From contig NZ_LN831024.1 in the NCBI RefSeq assembly GCF_001457615.1, forward strand, positions 2,610,001 to 2,642,000: a stretch of DNA of 32,000 nucleotides, written 5' to 3'. Shown in pieces: positions 8,912-18,282 of the stretch. Source of the DNA: Pseudomonas aeruginosa (GTDB taxonomy: Bacteria > Pseudomonadota > Gammaproteobacteria > Pseudomonadales > Pseudomonadaceae). Within the stretch, counting starts at the first letter, position 1; each line of letters opens with the position of its first letter. The translations under genes were made by a program, and so were the position numbers. Below the pieces are notes generated by a model, which saw only the letters and a program-made list of their open reading frames with translations, searched no databases and was not told the DNA's origin.

Positions 8912-10651
8912 ATGAGACTGACTCAAGGATTGTTCCGGTTCCCGCTGGCCGGGCTGCTGTGCCTGAGTACGGCCGCCTTCGCGGAGAGCCAGCTTAGCGT
9001 GCGCGTCACCCCCGCCAATGCCGCCCTGAAGGCCAATATCGAGGCCTATGTGGGTAGCCTCGGCGAGCGGGACGAGGCGGCGTTGCAACGTTTCCGCCGC
9101 AATGCCGAGGCGCAGGCGGAAAAGGCGGCCCAGGCGCTCGGCTACTTCCAGGCGCAGATCGACAGCGAGGTGAAGGACGGCAAGCCGCCGAAGCTCACGC
9201 TCAAGGTAGTGCCCGGCGAGCCCGTGCGCCTGCGCCAGGTGAATATCCAGGTGCTCGGCGAGGCCGCCAGCCTGGAGAGCTTCCGCTTGCCGTCGGGCAA
9301 GCAGCTGAAACCGGGCGCGAAGCTGAACCAGGGTGTCTACGAGGATGCCAAGCGGCTGATCCAGAACCAGGCCTCGCGCTACGGCTTCTTCCAGGGCCGC
9401 TTCAGCACCCAGCGCCTGAGCATCGATCCGCGCGCCGGCATCGCCGACATCGACCTGGTCTACGACAGCGGCCAGCGCTACACCTTCGGCAAGGTGAGCT
9501 TCGACGGCGACTCGATCATCGAGGAAGAACTGTTGCGCCGCATGGTGCCGTTCAAGGCCGGCCAACCCTATGACTCCGAACTGATCGCCGAACTCAACCA
9601 GAACCTGCAATCCAGCGGTTACTTCGAGGGCGTGCGGGTCGACGCCGCGCCGACCCAGGCGCAGGCCGACGGCGCGCGCCAGGCGATCCCGGTAGCGGTC
9701 CGGCTGGAGGCGCGCAAGCCCCGGACCATGGGCGTCGGCCTCGGTTTCTCGACCGACGTCGGGGCGCGCGCGAGGTTCAACTGGACCCGCCATTGGGTGA
9801 ATGCCGAAGGACATAGCCTGGGATTCGAGTCGGAAATCTCCGCACCACGGCAGAACGTCGGCGCCTGGTACGAGATTCCCCTCGATCCGCCGCTCACCGA
9901 CAAGCTGCGCTTCACCAGCGGCTACCAGTTCGAAGACCTGGTCGACACCGAGAGCAAGCTGCTGACCCTTGGCGGCGAATGGCACAGCAAGCGGCCCGAT
10001 GGCTGGCAGCGGGTGGTTTCGCTGAACTGGATGCGCGAGGAGTACAAGCTGGGCGACGACTCCGGGCTGAGCAGCTTCCTGATGCCGGGGATCGGCTACT
10101 CGCTGCTGGAGACCGACAACAAGGTCGACCCCAGCCATGGCTACCGCCTGCAGTTCAACGTCAAGGGGGCGAAGGAAGGCCTGCTGGCCGACGCCGACGT
10201 CCTCCATGTCGACGCCATGGCCAAGGGCCTGACCAGCTTCGCCGGCGGCCATCGCCTGCTCGGCCGCCTGCAGGTAGGCGGAATCGCCACCAACGACTAC
10301 AAGTCGATCCCGCCCTCGCTGCGCTTCTTCGCTGGCGGCGACCAGAGCGTGCGTGGCTACGACTACCGGACGCTGTCGCCGGAGAATTCCGATGGCGACA
10401 AGATCGGCGGCCGCTACATGATCGCCGGCAGCGTCGAGTATCAATATCCGCTGGCCGAGCGCTGGCGCCTGGCGACCTTCGTCGACCAGGGCAACGCCTT
10501 CAACTCGCTGGACTTCCCGTCGATCAAGACCGGGGTCGGCTTCGGCGTGCGCTGGGTCTCGCCGGTCGGCCCGTTGCGCCTCGACCTGGCCCATGCGCTC
10601 GACGACGACGGCGGTTTCCGCCTGCACTTCTCCATGGGGCCAGAACTGTGA
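8912..10651 (+). CDS. tamA: translocation and assembly module outer-membrane subunit TamA (Omp85 family)
   Basis: 579-aa ORF with a signal peptide ([12 protein letters not shown]). It has POTRA-like repeats ([10 protein letters not shown]...) and a C-terminal beta-barrel with [12 protein letters not shown] and a terminal aromatic-rich strand. Its stop overlaps the tamB start (GTGA). Confidence 0.9.
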   Translation: MRLTQGLFRFPLAGLLCLSTAAFAESQLSVRVTPANAALKANIEAYVGSLGERDEAALQRFRRNAEAQAEKAAQALGYFQAQIDSEVKDGKPPKLTLKVVPGEPVRLRQVNIQVLGEAASLESFRLPSGKQLKPGAKLNQGVYEDAKRLIQNQASRYGFFQGRFSTQRLSIDPRAGIADIDLVYDSGQRYTFGKVSFDGDSIIEEELLRRMVPFKAGQPYDSELIAELNQNLQSSGYFEGVRVDAAPTQAQADGARQAIPVAVRLEARKPRTMGVGLGFSTDVGARARFNWTRHWVNAEGHSLGFESEISAPRQNVGAWYEIPLDPPLTDKLRFTSGYQFEDLVDTESKLLTLGGEWHSKRPDGWQRVVSLNWMREEYKLGDDSGLSSFLMPGIGYSLLETDNKVDPSHGYRLQFNVKGAKEGLLADADVLHVDAMAKGLTSFAGGHRLLGRLQVGGIATNDYKSIPPSLRFFAGGDQSVRGYDYRTLSPENSDGDKIGGRYMIAGSVEYQYPLAERWRLATFVDQGNAFNSLDFPSIKTGVGFGVRWVSPVGPLRLDLAHALDDDGGFRLHFSMGPEL

Positions 10652-13600
10652 AGGCGCTGAAGATCACCTTGCTGGCCATAGTCGGGCTGCTCCTCGCGCT
10701 GCTCCTGGGACTCGCTGCGCTGCTCGGCACCCAGACCGGCAGCGCCTGGCTGCTCGGCCGCGTGCCGGGCCTGCAGGTCAGCGGCTTCGAGGGTCGCCTC
10801 GGTGGCGCCTGGCAGGCACAGCGGCTGTCCTGGGCGCAGGACGGTACGCAACTGGTCGTCGAGCGGCCTGAACTGCGCTGGTCGCCGGCCTGCCTGGCGG
10901 GGCTGCGCCTGTGCCTGCAGCGGGTGGCCGCCGAACGGGTCGCGCTGGACCTGCCGCCGAGCGGCGACAGCGCCGACAGCGGGCCGATCAGCCTGCCGAC
11001 GCTGAAACTGCCGCTGAGCATCGAACTCGGCGAAGTGGCGGTCGGCAGCTTCCTGCTCGACGGCAACCAGCAGGTCGCCGAACTCAAGCTGGCGGCCCAT
11101 TGGCTGGCCGACGGCCTGCACATCGACTCGCTGACGGCGCGGGGCTTCGGCCTGGACCTGGCGCTCCAGGGGCGCTTGCAGCCGAGCGGCGACTGGCCCT
11201 TGCAGGCCGAAGCCACGCTCGGCCTGCCCGCTCCCGAAGACAAGCCGTGGAAGCTGGCCGTCCAGGTCGGCGGTGAACTGCAGAAGGCGCTGACCCTGAA
11301 AGGCCGCAGCAGCGGTTACCTGGACGGCAGCCTGGAAGGACAGTTGCAGGCGCTGGCGGAAAACCTGCCGGCACGATTGCTGATCCGCGCCGACGGTTTC
11401 AAGGGGGCGGCCGGACTACCGGACACCTTGACCCTGAATGCCATCCAGCTCGATGCCAGCGGCGATCTCAAGAGCGGTTACCTGATCCGCGGCGGCGCCA
11501 GCCTGCCGGGCGAGGGCGGGGCGGTGGCGTTGAGCCTGGACGGGCGGGTCGACGCCCAGGGCGCGGATATCCGCCAACTGCGCCTGGACGCTGGCGGCGA
11601 GCAGCGCCTGGAGCTGGTCGGACGCCTGGACTGGCGCGAAAGCCTGGCCGCCGACGCGACCCTGGACTGGAAGGATTTCCCCTGGCTGCGCCTGTATCCG
11701 CTGGCGGAGCCGCCGCCGGTGACGCTGAAGACCTTCAAGGCGGAAGTGCATTACCAGGACCAGCGCTACCTGGGCAATTTCAGCGCGGCGGCGAGCGGTC
11801 CGGCGGGCGACTTCACGCTGGCCAGCCCGGTGTCCGGCGACCTCGTCCAGCTCAACCTGCCGTCGCTGCAGCTCCGCGCCGGGCAAGGCCAGGCCGAGGG
11901 GAGGGTGACGTTGCGTTTCGACAATGGCGTGGCTTGGGATACCGCCCTGCAGCTCAGCGAACTGAACCCGGCTTACTGGGTCGCCGAGCTGCCGGGTTCA
12001 CTGGCCGGTCCCTTGCGTAGCCAGGGAAGTGTTCGCGACGAGCGGCTGGCGTTGGGCGTGGATCTCGACGTCAAGGGCCGCCTGCGCGGCCAGCCGGCGC
12101 TATTCCAGGCGCGCGCCGAAGGCGAGGGGCAGCGCTGGACGCTGGGCAACCTCGACCTGCGCCTGGGGGATAACAAGGTTCAGGGCAGCGGGGCGCTCGA
12201 CCAGCGCCTGCAAGGCCGCCTGGACATCGCCCTGAACCGTCTCGGCCAGCTTTGGCCGCAACTCTTCGGTCGCCTCGACGGACGCCTCGACCTGGCTGGC
12301 AGCCTCGCGGCGCCGCAAGGCAGGCTGAACCTCAAGGGACAGCAGATCGCCTACGCCGAGCAGCGCATCGCCGGCCTCGACCTGCAGGCGAACCTCGATG
12401 CCCGGCAGAACGGCACCCTGGCGCTGGTCGCTTCCGGCCTGCGCAGCGGCGAAACCGACCTCGGCCTGTTCAAGGCCAATGCCCGCGGCGACCAACGCCG
12501 CCAGCAACTGGAACTGGACCTGCAAGGTGCCTTGCTCAAGCTCGGCCTGGCCTTCGACGGGCAACTGGAGCGCGGCAACTGGCGCGGTCGCCTGGCGCGC
12601 GGCGAGTTGAGCAGTGGCGGCCAGGACTGGAAACTACAGCAGCCGGCGCGCCTGGAGCGGTTGGCCGACGGCAGGGTCAATTTCGGCGCACATTGCTGGG
12701 TATCCGGCGCCGCCAGCCTCTGCGGCGGCGAGCAGCGCCTGCTGCCCGAGCCGCGGCTGCGCTACACCCTGCGCGACTTCCCGCTGGACAGCCTGAAGCA
12801 ATGGTTCCCCGAGGACTTCGCCTGGCAGGGCAAGCTGAACGGCGACCTGCAACTGGACGTTCCGGCCCGCGGCCCGAGCGGCGTGGTCAGCCTGGACGCC
12901 GGCAGCGGTACGCTGCGCCTGCGCGACCAGGGCCAGTGGGTCGACGTCGGCTACGACAGCCTGCGCCTGGAGAGCCGGTTGGCGCCCAACCGCGTCGATA
13001 CCTCCCTCGACTTCCGCGGACCGAAGCTCGGCGAGTTGCGGGTGCAGGCGCAGATCGACCCGCGCCCGGCGAGCAAGCCGCTGAGCGGCGAGTTCAGCCT
13101 GGCCGGCCTCGACCTGTCGCTGGCGCGCCCGTTCGTGCCGATGGTGGAGAAACTGCAAGGCAGGCTGAACGGCAGCGGCCGGCTGTCCGGCGGCCTGCTG
13201 GCGCCGCGGGTCGACGGACGGGTGACGCTGAGCGACGGCAACATTGGCGGCGGCGAGCTGCCGACCAGCTTCGAGAACCTTTCCCTCGACGCTCGCATCG
13301 CTGGCGAAAGCCTGGAACTCGGCGGCGGCTGGCGCAGCGGCAGGTACGGCCAGGGCAGCCTGTCCGGCAACCTGAGCTGGGGCGAGGCGCTGAACGTCGC
13401 CCTGAACATCCGTGGCAACCGCCTGCCGGTGGTGGTCGATCCCTATGCGCAACTGGAGGTGGAACCGGACCTGAAGATCGGCATGGCCGGCCAGGAGCTG
13501 GCGATCTCCGGCAAGGTCCTGGTGCCGCGTGGCGACATCACCATCCGCCAGTTGCCGCCATCCACGGTCAAGGTCTCCGACGACGCGGTGATCGTCGGCT

Positions 13601-14313
13601 CCGAGCAGCCCGAGCAGCAGCCGCTGAAGATGAAGATGGACATCGATGTCGAGGTCGGCCAGGACAAGCTGGCGTTTTCCGGCTTCGGCCTCAGCGCCGA
13701 ACTGGCCGGCCACCTGCACATCGGCGACAACCTGGATACCCGCGGCGAGCTGAACCTGAACAAGGGCCGCTATCGTGCCTACGGCCAGCGCCTGACGATC
13801 CGTAGGGCGCGGCTGTTCTTCGCCGGACCGATCGACCAGCCGTACCTGGATATCGAGGCGATCCGCCGGGTCGACGACGTGGTCGCCGGCCTGCGCCTGA
13901 CCGGCAGCGCCGAGCAGCCGACCAGCGCGGTATTCTCCGAACCGGCGATGAGCCAGGAGCAGGCGTTGTCCTACCTGGTGCTGGGGCGGCCGATGAGCAC
14001 CGGCGAAGACAGCAACATGCTCGGCGAGGCGGCCCTGGCCCTGGGCCTGGCCGGTAGCGCACCGCTCACCGGGGAAATCGCCAAGCAGCTCGGCATCCAG
14101 GACTTCCAGCTGGACACCGAGGGCACCGGCAACAGCACCAGCGTGGTCGCCAGCGGGAATATCACCGACAAGCTCAGCCTGCGCTATGGTGTTGGAGTGT
14201 TCGAACCGGCAAATACCATCGCCTTGCGCTACCAGTTGACCAAACGCCTCTATCTCGAAGCGGCGAGCGGCCTGGCCAGTTCGCTGGACCTGTTCTTCAA
14301 GCGCGATTTCTGA
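10648..14313 (+). CDS. tamB: translocation and assembly module inner-membrane subunit TamB (AsmA-like, DUF490 C-terminus)
   Basis: GTG 10648 overlaps the tamA TGA (10649-10651). The N-terminal anchor is [28 protein letters not shown] long beta-rich repetitive body follows, then a DUF490-like end (GRYRAYGQRLTIRRARLFFAGPIDQPYLDIEA...LFFKRDF). This gives 1221 aa. Confidence 0.9.
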   Translation: MKALKITLLAIVGLLLALLLGLAALLGTQTGSAWLLGRVPGLQVSGFEGRLGGAWQAQRLSWAQDGTQLVVERPELRWSPACLAGLRLCLQRVAAERVALDLPPSGDSADSGPISLPTLKLPLSIELGEVAVGSFLLDGNQQVAELKLAAHWLADGLHIDSLTARGFGLDLALQGRLQPSGDWPLQAEATLGLPAPEDKPWKLAVQVGGELQKALTLKGRSSGYLDGSLEGQLQALAENLPARLLIRADGFKGAAGLPDTLTLNAIQLDASGDLKSGYLIRGGASLPGEGGAVALSLDGRVDAQGADIRQLRLDAGGEQRLELVGRLDWRESLAADATLDWKDFPWLRLYPLAEPPPVTLKTFKAEVHYQDQRYLGNFSAAASGPAGDFTLASPVSGDLVQLNLPSLQLRAGQGQAEGRVTLRFDNGVAWDTALQLSELNPAYWVAELPGSLAGPLRSQGSVRDERLALGVDLDVKGRLRGQPALFQARAEGEGQRWTLGNLDLRLGDNKVQGSGALDQRLQGRLDIALNRLGQLWPQLFGRLDGRLDLAGSLAAPQGRLNLKGQQIAYAEQRIAGLDLQANLDARQNGTLALVASGLRSGETDLGLFKANARGDQRRQQLELDLQGALLKLGLAFDGQLERGNWRGRLARGELSSGGQDWKLQQPARLERLADGRVNFGAHCWVSGAASLCGGEQRLLPEPRLRYTLRDFPLDSLKQWFPEDFAWQGKLNGDLQLDVPARGPSGVVSLDAGSGTLRLRDQGQWVDVGYDSLRLESRLAPNRVDTSLDFRGPKLGELRVQAQIDPRPASKPLSGEFSLAGLDLSLARPFVPMVEKLQGRLNGSGRLSGGLLAPRVDGRVTLSDGNIGGGELPTSFENLSLDARIAGESLELGGGWRSGRYGQGSLSGNLSWGEALNVALNIRGNRLPVVVDPYAQLEVEPDLKIGMAGQELAISGKVLVPRGDITIRQLPPSTVKVSDDAVIVGSEQPEQQPLKMKMDIDVEVGQDKLAFSGFGLSAELAGHLHIGDNLDTRGELNLNKGRYRAYGQRLTIRRARLFFAGPIDQPYLDIEAIRRVDDVVAGLRLTGSAEQPTSAVFSEPAMSQEQALSYLVLGRPMSTGEDSNMLGEAALALGLAGSAPLTGEIAKQLGIQDFQLDTEGTGNSTSVVASGNITDKLSLRYGVGVFEPANTIALRYQLTKRLYLEAASGLASSLDLFFKRDF

Positions 14314-14381
14314 CGGATGCGCTGATACGGACCATGCGTAACGCATAAAAGTGTGTCACTTTTAGCGGCGCATCGACGTCG

Positions 14382-14387
14382 TAGAAT
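14382..14387 (+). promoter_or_regulatory. possible -10 element (TAGAAT) for the lipid operon
   Basis: TAGAAT lies 61 nt upstream of ATG 14448. I found no convincing -35 (CTTTTA/TTTTAG at 16-17 bp spacing). Confidence 0.25.
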
Positions 14388-14447
14388 GGAGCGGGCGCCG
14401 ACCGCCAGGTCGGTGCCCGAAGCAACTCGGCACAAGGACTGGCTGAC

Positions 14448-15083
14448 ATGATTTCCGTCTATCAACTCAAACCGCGCTTTCAGAATCTTCTTCGTCCCGG
14501 CGTGCAGCGCCTCTACCGGCGCGGCATCACTGCCAACCAGGTGACCCTGGCGGCCTGCCTGCTGTCGCTGCTGGTCGGCGCGCTGGTCGCCGGTTTCGCC
14601 AGCCATCTCTGGCTGTTCGCCCTCGTTCCGCTGTGGATGTTCCTGCGCATGGCGCTGAACGCGGTGGACGGCATGCTCGCCCGCGAGTTCGGCCAGAAAT
14701 CCGACCTGGGCGCCTACCTCAACGAACTCACCGACGTGATCGCCGACAGCGGCCTGTACCTGCCGTTCGCCCTGTTGCCGGGAGTCAACCCGCTGTGGGT
14801 GGTGCTGGTGGTGCTGCTGGCGGTGATCAGCGAATATGCCGGCGCGCTGGGCACCATGGTCGGCGCTTCGCGCCGCTACGACGGCCCGATGGGCAAAAGC
14901 GACCGGGCGCTGTGTTTCGGCGTGATCGGCGCCGGGGTGGCCAGCGGCCTTTTGCCGCTGGCCTGGATCGACTGGCTGATGTTGCTGATCGCGGCCCTGC
15001 TGTTGCTGACCATCGGCAACCGCGTGCGCCAGGGCCTGGCCGAGCTGGCCGCGAGTCGACGGGGCAGCGACGGCCAGGCCTGA
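14448..15083 (+). CDS. CDP-alcohol phosphatidyltransferase family protein (E. coli YnbA-like), non-canonical motif
   Basis: 211-aa polytopic membrane ORF. The motif is NAVDGMLAREFGQKSDLGAYLNELTDVIAD, compared with the canonical DxxDGxxAR-x8-GxxxDxxxD. AAGGA lies 9 nt upstream of the ATG. Confidence 0.85.
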   Translation: MISVYQLKPRFQNLLRPGVQRLYRRGITANQVTLAACLLSLLVGALVAGFASHLWLFALVPLWMFLRMALNAVDGMLAREFGQKSDLGAYLNELTDVIADSGLYLPFALLPGVNPLWVVLVVLLAVISEYAGALGTMVGASRRYDGPMGKSDRALCFGVIGAGVASGLLPLAWIDWLMLLIAALLLLTIGNRVRQGLAELAASRRGSDGQA

Positions 15084-15172
15084 GAGGGAACGGGCGAACG
15101 CCATGGAGGTGGGCGCCCGCAGGAAGCAACCCCGCCGGGATCCCGGCCGGGGCAACGACATAGGGACATCAC

Positions 15173-16933
15173 ATGCGCGACGTACAGGAACTGCGTTTCA
15201 CCACCCACGACGGGGTAGAGCTCTTCTACCGCCACTGGCCGGCCAGCCGCCCGGCGCCGGACGGCACGCGCCAGGCGGTGCTGCTGTTCCACCGCGGCCA
15301 TGAGCACTCCGGGCGGATCGCCCACCTGGTCGACGAACTCGACCTGCCGGAACACGACTTCTTCGCCTGGGACGCCCGTGGCCACGGCCTCTCGCCAGGC
15401 GCCCGCGGCGACAGCCCGAGCTTTGCCACCAGCGTGCGCGACGTACAGACCTTCGTCGACCATATCCAGGCCGTCCACGGTATCGCCGAAGAGCGGATGG
15501 CGGTGGTGGCGCAGAGCGTCGGCGCGGTGCTGGTTTCCACCTGGGCCCACGACTACGCGCCGAAGGTGCGCGCACTGGTGCTGGCTTCGCCGGCGTTCCA
15601 GGTCAAGCTCTATGTGCCGTTCGCCCGCAGCGGGCTGAAACTGATGCGCCTGTGGCGCGGCAATTTCTTCGTCAACAGCTATGTCAAGGCACGCTTCCTC
15701 AGTCACGACCCGGAGCGGATCGCCTCCTACGACAGCGACCCGCTGATCGCCAAGGCGATCTCGGTGAACGTCCTGCTCGGCCTCTACGAAGCTGCCGAGC
15801 GGGTGGTAGCGGACGCACAGGCGATCCAGATTCCCACCCAACTGCTGATTTCCGGGGCCGACTTCGTCGTCCATCGTGCGCCGCAGGAGCGCTTCTTCGA
15901 GCGTCTCGGCAGCCTGCGCAAGGAAAAGCACATCCTGCCCGGCTTCTTCCACGACACCCTTGGCGAGCGCGATCGTCACCTGGCCGTCGGCCGTGCCCGG
16001 CGCTTCCTCCTCGAGGCATTCGCCACGGCACCTGAACGACCGAGCCTGCTCGATGCCGACCGCCTGGGCCATACCTGCGCCGAGGCCGAGGCGCTGGCCG
16101 CGCCGTTGCCGAAGAACTCGCCGCGCGATCTCTACTGGCGCGCCACCCGTGCCGGGCTGCGCCTGGGCAGCCTGTGGTCGGACGGGGTCAAGCTGGGCTT
16201 CGACACCGGCTTCGATTCCGGCAGCACCCTCGACTATGTCTACCGCAACCAGCCCAGCGGCAGCGGCCCGCTGGGTCGCCTGATCGACCGCAACTACCTG
16301 GACTCCATCGGCTGGCGCGGCATCCGCCAGCGCAAGCTGCACGCCGAGGAGCTGCTGCGCCTGGCCATGCAGCGGTTGCGCGAGGAGCAGCGCGAGGTGC
16401 GCATCGTCGACATCGCCGCCGGCCACGGCCGCTACATCCTCGAAGCCCTGCAAGGCGTCGAGCCGCTGCCGGAAAGCATCCTCCTGCGCGACTACAGCGA
16501 GATCAACGTGCGTGACGGCAGCGCCCTGATCGAAAGCAAGGGCCTCGCCGGCATCGCCCGCTTCGTCAAGGGCGATGCCTTCGATCGCGCCGACCTGGCG
16601 GCGCTGCAACCGAAGCCGAGCCTCGGGGTGGTTTCCGGGCTCTACGAGCTGTTCGCCGACAACCGCATGGTCGGCGACTCCCTCGCCGGCCTCGGCGAGG
16701 CGCTGGAGGAGGGCGGCTACCTGGTCTACACCGGACAGCCCTGGCACCCGCAGCTGGAACTGATCGCCCGCGCGCTGACCAGCCACCGCCAGGGCCAGGC
16801 CTGGGTGATGCGGCGCCGGACCCAGGCGGAAATGGACCAGCTGGTGGCCGCCGCCGGCTTCCGCAAGATCACCCAGCGGGTCGACCAGTGGGGCATCTTC
16901 AGCGTATCGCTGGCGCAGAAGGTCGCCCGCTGA
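15173..16933 (+). CDS. fusion protein: N-terminal alpha/beta hydrolase (lysophospholipase/monoacylglycerol-lipase type) plus C-terminal class I SAM-dependent methyltransferase (YnbC-like)
   Basis: 586 aa. The hydrolase part has LLFHRGHEHSGR (oxyanion-hole type), a nucleophile elbow AQSVG, and GFFHDTL (His). The methyltransferase part has VRIVDIAAGHGRY (motif I), LLRDYS (post-I acidic residue) and VVSGLYELF. Confidence 0.8.
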   Translation: MRDVQELRFTTHDGVELFYRHWPASRPAPDGTRQAVLLFHRGHEHSGRIAHLVDELDLPEHDFFAWDARGHGLSPGARGDSPSFATSVRDVQTFVDHIQAVHGIAEERMAVVAQSVGAVLVSTWAHDYAPKVRALVLASPAFQVKLYVPFARSGLKLMRLWRGNFFVNSYVKARFLSHDPERIASYDSDPLIAKAISVNVLLGLYEAAERVVADAQAIQIPTQLLISGADFVVHRAPQERFFERLGSLRKEKHILPGFFHDTLGERDRHLAVGRARRFLLEAFATAPERPSLLDADRLGHTCAEAEALAAPLPKNSPRDLYWRATRAGLRLGSLWSDGVKLGFDTGFDSGSTLDYVYRNQPSGSGPLGRLIDRNYLDSIGWRGIRQRKLHAEELLRLAMQRLREEQREVRIVDIAAGHGRYILEALQGVEPLPESILLRDYSEINVRDGSALIESKGLAGIARFVKGDAFDRADLAALQPKPSLGVVSGLYELFADNRMVGDSLAGLGEALEEGGYLVYTGQPWHPQLELIARALTSHRQGQAWVMRRRTQAEMDQLVAAAGFRKITQRVDQWGIFSVSLAQKVAR

Positions 16934-18282
16934 TGGCGCCGCGCGAGCCGGGGGTACTGAAGCGGGCGGTGCTCTGGCTGCTGTTCCTCGGCCCGTTCTT
17001 CTTCGCCAGCTATGGCCTGGCCAACTGGTTGACCAGCCAGCGCGGCGACGTCGGCAGCCTGGTCTTCGACTGGGAACGCGGGATGCCGCTGTGGCCCTGG
17101 ACCATCCTGCCGTACTGGTCGATCGACCTGCTCTACGGCCTGTCGCTGTTGTTGCCGCGGGACAAGCGCGAGCTGGACACCCACTGCCTGCGCCTGCTCA
17201 GCACCCAGGTGCTGTCGGTGACCTGCTTCCTGCTGTTCCCCCTGCGCTTCACCTTCGAACGGCCGGAACTGGGCGGCGTGTTCGGCTGGCTGTTCGACGT
17301 GCTGATGGGGTTCGACAAACCGTACAACCAGGCACCGTCGCTGCACATCGCCCTGCTGGTAGTGCTCTGGGTCTGCTACGCGCGCTACGCCAGCGGCGCC
17401 TGGCGCTGGCTGCTGCATGGCTGGTTCGCGCTGATCGGGCTGTCGGTGCTGACCACCTGGCAGCACCATTTCATCGACGTGCCCACCGGCGCGCTGGCCG
17501 GTTGGCTGTGCGTCTGGCTGTGGCCGCAGGCGCAGCCCGCGCCGTTCGCCCGCGCCAGTCTGAGCCGCGACCGGCAACGGCGGCGGCTGGCCGCTCGCTA
17601 CGGCCTCGGCGCGCTGGCCTGCGCCGCCGTCGCCTTTGCCGTCGGCGGTGCGGCGTTGTGGCTGTGCTGGCCGGCGCTGGCGCTGGCGCTGGTGGCGCTG
17701 AACTACCTGCTGTTCGGCGCCGCCGGCTTCCAGAAGGGCAGCACTGGCCGCCTGAGCGCCGCCGCGCGCTGGCTGCTGGCGCCATATCTGCTTGCCGCGC
17801 GGATCAACGCCTGGCTCTGGACCCGTCGCCGGCCGCAGCCGGACGAGGTGCTGCCGGGCCTCTGGTTGGGGCGCCTGCCGTCGTCCGCGGAACTGGCCGA
17901 CGGCCGCTTCCGCGCATTGCTCGACGCTACCGCCGAACTTTCCTGCGAGCCGCAGGGGCTGGCCTATCGCAGCCTGCCGTTGCTCGACCTGGTCGCGCCG
18001 GACGTCGAGGACTGCCGGCGCGCCGCGGTGCTGATCGACGAACTGCTGGCGCAAGGGCCGCTGCTGGTGGCCTGTGCCCTGGGCTATTCGCGCAGCGCCA
18101 CGCTGGTCGCCGCCTGGCTGCTGCTCAGCGGCCGCGCGGCGGACGTCGAGTCGGCCGTGGCCGTGTTACGTCGGGCGCGACCGCAAGTGCTGCTGGGCGA
18201 GGCCCAGCGGCGGACCCTCGCGGCGCTGAGCGGGAGCGTGCCGGAGCCATCGGCGGAACTGGGCGAGGTGCGCCATGCCTGA
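16933..18282 (+). CDS. fusion membrane protein: PAP2-superfamily domain plus C-terminal dual-specificity (CX5R) phosphatase domain (YnbD-like)
   Basis: ATG 16933 overlaps the upstream TGA (TGATG). The PAP2-type motifs are PSLH (17335-17346) and QHHFIDVPTG (17461-17490), within a polytopic N-terminal half. The P-loop VACALGYSRS has Cys at 18073-18075 and Arg at 18091-18093. Confidence 0.8.
   Translation: MAPREPGVLKRAVLWLLFLGPFFFASYGLANWLTSQRGDVGSLVFDWERGMPLWPWTILPYWSIDLLYGLSLLLPRDKRELDTHCLRLLSTQVLSVTCFLLFPLRFTFERPELGGVFGWLFDVLMGFDKPYNQAPSLHIALLVVLWVCYARYASGAWRWLLHGWFALIGLSVLTTWQHHFIDVPTGALAGWLCVWLWPQAQPAPFARASLSRDRQRRRLAARYGLGALACAAVAFAVGGAALWLCWPALALALVALNYLLFGAAGFQKGSTGRLSAAARWLLAPYLLAARINAWLWTRRRPQPDEVLPGLWLGRLPSSAELADGRFRALLDATAELSCEPQGLAYRSLPLLDLVAPDVEDCRRAAVLIDELLAQGPLLVACALGYSRSATLVAAWLLLSGRAADVESAVAVLRRARPQVLLGEAQRRTLAALSGSVPEPSAELGEVRHA

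Noticed and set aside
7921-8913. N-terminal 331-aa extension of the ORF containing xthA (7108..8913)
   Set aside because: ExoIII homology starts exactly at [11 protein letters not shown] (ATG 7920). The extension runs antisense through the GNAT gene and has no coding-like composition.
9979-10647. Upstream extension of the tamB ORF (annotated start 9979) inside tamA
   Set aside because: This part is an out-of-frame read of tamA. The TamB signal-anchor begins at GTG 10648, which overlaps the tamA stop.
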